A stretch of 64,000 bases of DNA, taken from Eledone cirrhosa (taxonomy: Eukaryota). Below the pieces are notes generated by a model that saw only the letters and a program-made list of their open reading frames with translations, had not been told where the DNA came from and made no database searches. The stretch is from positions 5,580,001 through 5,644,000 of the forward strand of contig OZ024759.1 of NCBI GenBank assembly GCA_964016885.1, read 5' to 3'. Positions 56,401-64,000 of this stretch are shown piece by piece. Numbering within the stretch: the stretch's first letter is position 1; each line of letters opens with the position of its first letter. The position numbers and the translations under genes are program-made.

Positions 56401-59400
56401 CTCCAATGTTGGTGAGAATTCATTTAAGTTCATGGTATTAGCTGTCAGAAGTAACTCCACTGTTGGTGAGAATTCATTTAAGTTCATGGTATTAGCTGTC
56501 AGAAGTAACTCCACTGTTGGTGAGAATTCATTTAAGTTCATGGTACTAGCTGTCAGAAGTAACTCCACTGTTGGTGAGAATTCATTTAAGTTCATGGTAT
56601 TAGCTGTCAGAAGGAACTCCACTGTTGGTGAGAATTCATTTAAGTTCATGGTATTAGCTGTCAGAAGTAACTCCACTGTTGGTGAGAATTCATTTAAGTT
56701 CATGGTACTAGCTGTCAGAAGTAACTCCAATGTTGGTGAGAATTCATTTAAGTTCATGGTATTAGCTGTCAGAAGTAACTCCACTGTTGGTGAGAATTCA
56801 TTTAAGTCATGGTATTAGCCGTCAGAAGTAACTCCAATGTTGGTGAGAATTCATTTAAGTTCATGGTATTAGCTGTCAGAAGGAACGCCACTGTTGGTGA
56901 GAATTCATTTAAGTTCATGGTATTAGCTGTCAGAAGTAACTGCACTGTTGGTGAGAATTCATTTAAGTTCATGGTACTAGCTGTCAGAAGTAACTCCACT
57001 GTTGGTGAGAATTCATTTAAGTTCATGGTATTAGCTGTCAGAAGGAACTCCACTGTTGGTGAGAATTCATTTAAGTTCATGGTATTAGCTGTCAGAAGTA
57101 ACTCCACTGTTGGTGAGAATTCATTTAAGTTCATGGTACTAGCTGTCAGAAGTAACTCCAATGTTGGTGAGAATTCATTTAAGTTCATGGTATTAGCTGT
57201 CAGAAGTAACTCCACTGTTGGTGAGAATTCATTTAAGTCATGGTATTAGCCGTCAGAAGTAACTCCAATGTTGGTGAGAATTCATTTAAGTTCATGGTAT
57301 TAGCTGTCAGAAGTAACTCCACTGTTGGTGAGAATTCATTTAAGTTCATGGTACTAGCTGTCAGAAGTAACTCCACTGTTGGTGAGAATTCATTTAAATT
57401 CATGGTATTAGTTTGTCAGAAGTAACTCCACTGTTGGTGAGAATTCATTTAAGTCATGGTATTAGTTGTCAGAAGTAACTCCAATGTTGGTGAGAATTCA
57501 TTTAAGTTCATGGTATTAGCTGTCAGAAGTAACTCCACTGTTGGTGAGAATTCATTTAAGTTCATGGTATTAGCTGTCAGAAGGAACTCCAATGTTGGTG
57601 TGAATTCATTTAAGTCATGGTACTAGCTGTCAGAAGTAACTCCACTGTTGGTGAGAATTCATTTAAGTTCATGGTATTAGCTGTCAGAAGGAACGCCACT
57701 GTTGGTGAGAATTCATTTAAGTTCATGGTATTAGCTGTCAGAAGTAACTCCACTGTTGGTGAGAATTCATTTAAGTTCATGGTACTAGCTGTCAGAAGTA
57801 ACTCCAATGTTGGTGAGAATTCATTTAAGTTCATGGTATTAGCTGTCAGAAGGAACTCCACTGTTGGTGAGAATTCATTTAAGTTCATGGTATTAGTTTG
57901 TCAGAAGTAACTCCACTGTTGGTGAGAATTCATTTAAGTCATGGTATTAGTTGTCAGAAGTAACTCCAATGTTGGTGAGAATTCATGTAAGTTCATGGTA
58001 TTAGCTGTCAGAAGTAACTCCACTGTTGGTGAGAATTCATTTAAGTTCATGGTATTAGCTGTCAGAAGGAACTCCAACGTTGGTGAGAATTCATTTAAGT
58101 CATGGTACTAGCTGTCAGAAGTAACTCCACTGTTGGTGAGAATTCATTTAAGTTCATGGTATTAGCTGTCAGAAGGAACGCCACTGTTGGTGAGAATTCA
58201 TTTAAGTTCATGGTATTAGCTGTCAGAAGTAACTCCACTGTTGGTGAGAATTCATTTAAGTTCATGGTACTAGCTGTCAGAAGTAACTCCAATGTTGGTG
58301 AGAATTCATTTAAGTTCATGGTATTAGCAGTCAGAAGGAACTCCACTGTTGGTGAGAATTCATTTAAGTTCATGGTATTAGCTGTCAGAAGTAACTCCAC
58401 TGTTGGTGAGAATTCATTTAAGTCATGGTATTAGCTGTCAGAAGTAACTCCATTGTTGGTGAGAATTCATTTAAGTCATGGTACTAGCTGTCAGAAGTAA
58501 CTCCACTGTTGGTGAGAATTCATTTAAGTTCATGGTATTAGTTTGTCAGAAGTAACTCCACTGTTGGTGAGAATTCATTTAAGTCATGGTATTAGTTGTC
58601 AGAAGTAACTCCAATGTTGGTGAGAATTCATTTAAGTTCATGGTACTAGCTGTCAGAAGTAACTCCATTGTTGGTGAGAATTCATTTAAGTTCATGGTAC
58701 TAGCTGTCAGAAGTAACTCCACTGTTGGTGAGAATTCATTTAAGTTCATGGTACTAGTTTGTCAGAAGTAACTCCACTGTTGGTGAGAATTCATTTAAGT
58801 CATGGTACTAGCTGTCAGAAGTAACTCCAATGTTGGTGAGAATTCATTTAAGTTCATGGTATTAGCTGTCAGAAGGAACTCCACTGTTGGTGAGAATTCA
58901 TTTCAGTTCATGGTATTAGCTGTCAGAAGTAACTCCACTGTTGGTGAGAATTCATTTAAGTTCATGGTACTAGCTGTCAGAAGTAACTCCAATGTTGGTG
59001 AGAATTCATTTAAGTTCATGGTATTAGCTGTCAGAAGTAACTCCACTGTTGGTGAGAAAGCATTTAAGTCATAGTATTAGATGTCAGAAGTAACTCCAAT
59101 GTTGCTGAGAATTCATTTAAGTTCATGGTATTAGCTGTCAGAAGTAACTCCACTGTTGGTGAGAATTCATTTAAGATCATGGTACTAGCTGTCAGAAGTA
59201 ACTACACTGTTGGTGAGAATTCATTTAAGTTCATGGTATTAGCTGTCAGAAGTAACTCCAATGTTGGTGAGAATTCATTTAAGTTCATGGTATTAGCTGT
59301 CAGAAGTAACTCCACTGTTGGTGAGAATTCATTTAAGTTCATGGTACTAGCTGTCAGAAGTAACTCCAATGTTGGTGAGAATTCATTTAAGTTCATGGTA

Positions 59401-62400
59401 TTAGCTGTCAGAAGGAACTCCACTGTTGGTGAGAATTCATTTAAGTTCATGGTATTAGCTGTCAGAAGTAACTCCACTGTTGGTGAGAATTCATTTAAGT
59501 TCATGGTACTAGCTGTCAGAAGTAACTCCAATGTTGGTGAGAATTCATTTAAGTTCATGGTATTAGCTGTCAGAAGGAACTCCACTGTTGGTGAGAATTC
59601 ATTTAAGTTCATGGTATTAGCTGTCAGAAGTAACTCCACTGTTGGTGAGAATTCATTTAAGTTCATGGTATTAGCTGTCAGAAGTAACTCCACTGTTGGT
59701 GAGAATTCATTTAAGTCATGGTATTAGCCGTCAGAAGTAACTCCAATGTTGGTGAGAATTCATTTAAGTTCATGGTATTAGCTGTCAGAAGTAACTCCAC
59801 TGTTGGTGAGAATTCATTTAAGTTCATGGTATTAGCTGTCAGAAGTAACTCCACTGTTGGTGAGAATTCATTTAAGTTCATGGTACTAGCTGTCAGAAGT
59901 AACTCCACTGTTGGTGAGAATTCATTTAAGTTCATGGTATTAGTTTGTCAGAAGTAACTCCACTGTTGGTGAGAATTCATTTAAGTCATGGTATTAGTTG
60001 TCCGAAGTAACTCCAATGTTGGTGAGAATTCATTTAAGTTCATGGTATTAGCTGTCAGAAGTAAGTCCACTGTTGGTGAGAATTCATTTAAGTTCATGGT
60101 ATTAGCTGTCAGAAGGAACTCCAATGTTGGTGAGAATTCATTTAAGTCATGGTACTAGCTGTCAGAAGTAACTCCACTGTTGGTGAGAATTCATTTAAGT
60201 TCATGGTATTAGCTGTCAGAAGGAACGCCACTGTTGGTGAGAATTCATTTAAGTTCATGGTATTAGCTGTCAGAAGTAACTCCACTGTTGGTGAGAATTC
60301 ATTTAAGTTCATGGTACTAGCTGTCAGAAGTAACTCCAATGTTGGTGAGAATTCATTTAAGTTCATGGTATTAGCAGTCAGAAGGAACTCCACTGTTGGT
60401 GAGAATTCATTTAAGTTCATGGTATTAGCTGTCAGAAGTAACTCCACTGTTGGTGAGCATTCATTTAAGTCATGGTATTAGCTGTCAGAAGTAACTCCAT
60501 TGTTGGTGAGAATTCATTTAAGTCATGGTACTAGCTGTCAGAAGTAACTCCACTGTTGGTGAGAATTCATTTAAGTTCATGGTATTAGTTTGTCAGAAGT
60601 AACTCCACTGTTGGTGAGAATTCATTTAAGTCATGGTATTAGTTGTCAGAAGTAACTCCATTGTTGGTGAGAATTCATTTAAGTTCATGGTACTAGCTGT
60701 CAGAAGTAACTCCACTGTTGGTGAGAATTCATTTAAGTTCATGGTATTAGCTGTCAGAAGTAACTCCACTGTTGGTGAGAATTCATTTAAGTCATGGTAT
60801 TAGCCGTCAGAAGTAACTCCAATGTTGGTGAGAATTCATTTAAGTTCATGGTATTAGCTGTCAGAAGGAACGCCACTGTTGGTGAGAATTCATTTAAGTT
60901 CATGGTATTAGCTGTCAGAAGTAACTGCACTGTTGGTGAGAATTCATTTAAGTTCATGGTACTAGCTGTCAGAAGTAACTCCACTGTTGGTGAGAATTCA
61001 TTTAAGTTCATGGTATTAGCTGTCAGAAGGAACTCCACTGTTGGTGAGAATTCATTTAAGTTCATGGTATTAGCTGTCAGAAGTAACTCCACTGTTGGTG
61101 AGAATTCATTTAAGTTCATGGTACTAGCTGTCAGAAGTAACTCCAATGTTGGTGAGAATTCATTTAAGTTCATGGTATTAGCTGTCAGAAGTAACTCCAC
61201 TGTTGGTGAGAATTCATTTAAGTCATGGTATTAGCCGTCAGAAGTAACTCCAATGTTGGTGAGAATTCATTTAAGTTCATGGTATTAGCTGTCAGAAGTA
61301 ACTCCACTGTTGGTGAGAATTCATTTAAGTTCATGGTACTAGCTGTCAGAAGTAACTCCACTGTTGGTGAGAATTCATTTAAATTCATGGTATTAGTTTG
61401 TCAGAAGTAACTCCACTGTTGGTGAGAATTCATTTAAGTCATGGTATTAGTTGTCAGAAGTAACTCCAATGTTGGTGAGAATTCATTTAAGTTCATGGTA
61501 TTAGCTGTCAGAAGTAACTCCACTGTTGGTGAGAATTCATTTAAGTTCATGGTATTAGCTGTCAGAAGGAACTCCAATGTTGGTGTGAATTCATTTAAGT
61601 CATGGTACTAGCTGTCAGAAGTAACTCCACTGTTGGTGAGAATTCATTTAAGTTCATGGTATTAGCTGTCAGAAGGAACGCCACTGTTGGTGAGAATTCA
61701 TTTAAGTTCATGGTATTAGCTGTCAGAAGTAACTCCACTGTTGGTGAGAATTCATTTAAGTTCATGGTACTAGCTGTCAGAAGTAACTCCAATGTTGGTG
61801 AGAATTCATTTAAGTTCATGGTATTAGCTGTCAGAAGGAACTCCACTGTTGGTGAGAATTCATTTAAGTTCATGGTATTAGTTTGTCAGAAGTAACTCCA
61901 CTGTTGGTGAGAATTCATTTAAGTCATGGTATTAGTTGTCAGAAGTAACTCCAATGTTGGTGAGAATTCATGTAAGTTCATGGTATTAGCTGTCAGAAGT
62001 AACTCCACTGTTGGTGAGAATTCATTTAAGTTCATGGTATTAGCTGTCAGAAGGAACTCCAACGTTGGTGAGAATTCATTTAAGTCATGGTACTAGCTGT
62101 CAGAAGTAACTCCACTGTTGGTGAGAATTCATTTAAGTTCATGGTATTAGCTGTCAGAAGGAACGCCACTGTTGGTGAGAATTCATTTAAGTTCATGGTA
62201 TTAGCTGTCAGAAGTAACTCCACTGTTGGTGAGAATTCATTTAAGTTCATGGTACTAGCTGTCAGAAGTAACTCCAATGTTGGTGAGAATTCATTTAAGT
62301 TCATGGTATTAGCAGTCAGAAGGAACTCCACTGTTGGTGAGAATTCATTTAAGTTCATGGTATTAGCTGTCAGAAGTAACTCCACTGTTGGTGAGAATTC

Positions 62401-64000
62401 ATTTAAGTCATGGTATTAGCTGTCAGAAGTAACTCCATTGTTGGTGAGAATTCATTTAAGTCATGGTACTAGCTGTCAGAAGTAACTCCACTGTTGGTGA
62501 GAATTCATTTAAGTTCATGGTATTAGTTTGTCAGAAGTAACTCCACTGTTGGTGAGAATTCATTTAAGTCATGGTATTAGTTGTCAGAAGTAACTCCAAT
62601 GTTGGTGAGAATTCATTTAAGTTCATGGTACTAGCTGTCAGAAGTAACTCCATTGTTGGTGAGAATTCATTTAAGTTCATGGTACTAGCTGTCAGAAGTA
62701 ACTCCACTGTTGGTGAGAATTCATTTAAGTTCATGGTACTAGTTTGTCAGAAGTAACTCCACTGTTGGTGAGAATTCATTTAAGTCATGGTACTAGCTGT
62801 CAGAAGTAACTCCAATGTTGGTGAGAATTCATTTAAGTTCATGGTATTAGCTGTCAGAAGGAACTCCACTGTTGGTGAGAATTCATTTCAGTTCATGGTA
62901 TTAGCTGTCAGAAGTAACTCCACTGTTGGTGAGAATTCATTTAAGTTCATGGTACTAGCTGTCAGAAGTAACTCCAATGTTGGTGAGAATTCATTTAAGT
63001 TCATGGTATTAGCTGTCAGAAGTAACTCCACTGTTGGTGAGAAAGCATTTAAGTCATAGTATTAGATGTCAGAAGTAACTCCAATGTTGCTGAGAATTCA
63101 TTTAAGTTCATGGTATTAGCTGTCAGAAGTAACTCCACTGTTGGTGAGAATTCATTTAAGATCATGGTACTAGCTGTCAGAAGTAACTACACTGTTGGTG
63201 AGAATTCATTTAAGTTCATGGTATTAGCTGTCAGAAGTAACTCCAATGTTGGTGAGAATTCATTTAAGTTCATGGTATTAGCTGTCAGAAGTAACTCCAC
63301 TGTTGGTGAGAATTCATTTAAGTTCATGGTACTAGCTGTCAGAAGTAACTCCAATGTTGGTGAGAATTCATTTAAGTTCATGGTATTAGCTGTCAGAAGG
63401 AACTCCACTGTTGGTGAGAATTCATTTAAGTTCATGGTATTAGCTGTCAGAAGTAACTCCACTGTTGGTGAGAATTCATTTAAGTTCATGGTACTAGCTG
63501 TCAGAAGTAACTCCAATGTTGGTGAGAATTCATTTAAGTTCATGGTATTAGCTGTCAGAAGGAACTCCACTGTTGGTGAGAATTCATTTAAGTTCATGGT
63601 ATTAGCTGTCAGAAGTAACTCCACTGTTGGTGAGAATTCATTTAAGTTCATGGTATTAGCTGTCAGAAGTAACTCCACTGTTGGTGAGAATTCATTTAAG
63701 TCATGGTATTAGCCGTCAGAAGTAACTCCAATGTTGGTGAGAATTCATTTAAGTTCATGGTATTAGCTGTCAGAAGTAACTCCACTGTTGGTGAGAATTC
63801 ATTTAAGTTCATGGTATTAGCTGTCAGAAGTAACTCCACTGTTGGTGAGAATTCATTTAAGTTCATGGTACTAGCTGTCAGAAGTAACTCCACTGTTGGT
63901 GAGAATTCATTTAAGTTCATGGTATTAGTTTGTCAGAAGTAACTCCACTGTTGGTGAGAATTCATTTAAGTCATGGTATTAGTTGTCCGAAGTAACTCCA
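53401..64000. repeat. Right sub-array (domain B), same monomer with a different variant set and HOR organisation
   Basis: Seen in sequence: TAGCCGTC first appears at ~53531 (9 copies up to ~63711), together with TAGCAGTC, AACTGCAC and AACTACAC. The domain A markers listed above were not seen after ~53225. Confidence 0.88.
56740..64000. repeat. Tandem duplication / HOR of 3,985 bp (74 monomers), second copy cut off by the window end
   Basis: Rare variants recur at +3985: TAAATTC 57398/61383, GTGTGAATTC 57601/61586, CCAACGTTGG 58074/62059, TTTCAG 58904/62889, GAAAGC ~59056/63041, AAGATC 59176/63161 and GTCCGA 60003/63988. 74x54=3996, less 11 uncompensated deletions (counted). Confidence 0.92.

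Larger units (their letters stand above)
1..64000. repeat. Tandem satellite DNA array, 54-bp monomer (53-55 bp indel variants), about 1,185 head-to-tail copies, open at both window ends
   Basis: Seen in sequence: the unit TTCATGGTATTAGCTGTCAGAAGTAACTCCACTGTTGGTGAGAATTCATTTAAG recurs from first to last base, mostly with 0-3 differences per copy. Copy number is 64000/54. The commonest variants are GTATTA/GTACTA, CCACT/CCAAT, AAGTTC/AAGTC (-1), AGCTG/AGTTTG (+1) and AGTAAC/AGGAAC. Confidence 0.99.

Noticed and set aside
323-63920. Minus-strand ORFs encoding (MNLNEFSPTVELLLTANT)n, superficially leucine-rich-repeat-like
   Set aside because: Same artefact on the other strand. The 18-aa unit is shorter than typical LRRs and does not fit the LxxLxLxxN core, and the frame is repeatedly cut by indels and TGA variants.
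114-63942. Plus-strand ORFs encoding (MVLAVRSNSTVGENSFKF)n, up to 295 aa
   Set aside because: The 54-bp unit is 18 codons, so any stop-free frame yields long ORFs, and one or two open frames of six is unsurprising by chance. Frames are broken by 1-bp indels every few to ~16 units. Most distinct variants change the amino acid, and there are no unique termini or gene context.
1-64000. CRISPR array or other repeat-spacer system
   Set aside because: Units abut directly with no unique spacers, no leader and no cas genes.
1-64000. Diversity-generating or antigenic-variation cassette array, or programmed frameshift system
   Set aside because: Variation is sparse and inherited in duplicated blocks rather than hypervariable. 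There is no reverse transcriptase, recombinase or expression locus in the window.
1-64000. Telomeric repeat, CENP-B box, or tRNA/5S/snRNA tandem genes
   Set aside because: There is no short G-rich telomere unit. The CENP-B box needs two CpGs, which the consensus lacks. I could see no cloverleaf or recognisable structured-RNA motif in a 54-bp unit.
1-64000. Synthetic concatemer or rolling-circle artefact suggested by one EcoRI site per unit
   Set aside because: Hierarchically shared variants, nested duplications and monomers that have lost the site (~43255, ~53728, ~54855, ~59058, ~60458, ~63043) indicate natural evolution. A site in every monomer is normal for satellites.

Overview
All 64,000 bp form one uninterrupted head-to-tail tandem satellite array of a 54-bp monomer, consensus TTCATGGTATTAGCTGTCAGAAGTAACTCCACTGTTGGTGAGAATTCATTTAAG. 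The consensus is 37% GC, has one EcoRI site and no CpG. There are about 1,185 copies, all in the same orientation. I saw no unique sequence, gene, RNA gene, transposon or CRISPR spacer. The ORF track is an artefact of a unit length divisible by 3 that is stop-free in one frame per strand. The information lies in the order of monomer variants. They define irregular higher-order repeats (HORs): an 86-mer of 4,639 bp in the left domain and a 74-mer of 3,985 bp in the right. Nested duplications have a readable relative order, and diagnostic variants switch sharply at about 53.3-53.5 kb. The architecture is typical of eukaryotic centromeric, pericentromeric or subtelomeric satellite DNA (inference). 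I do not recognise the family or organism, and I cannot support a novel protein-coding system. Offsets come from the ORF-track coordinates and by-eye marker checks, so block edges are accurate to about one or two monomers.
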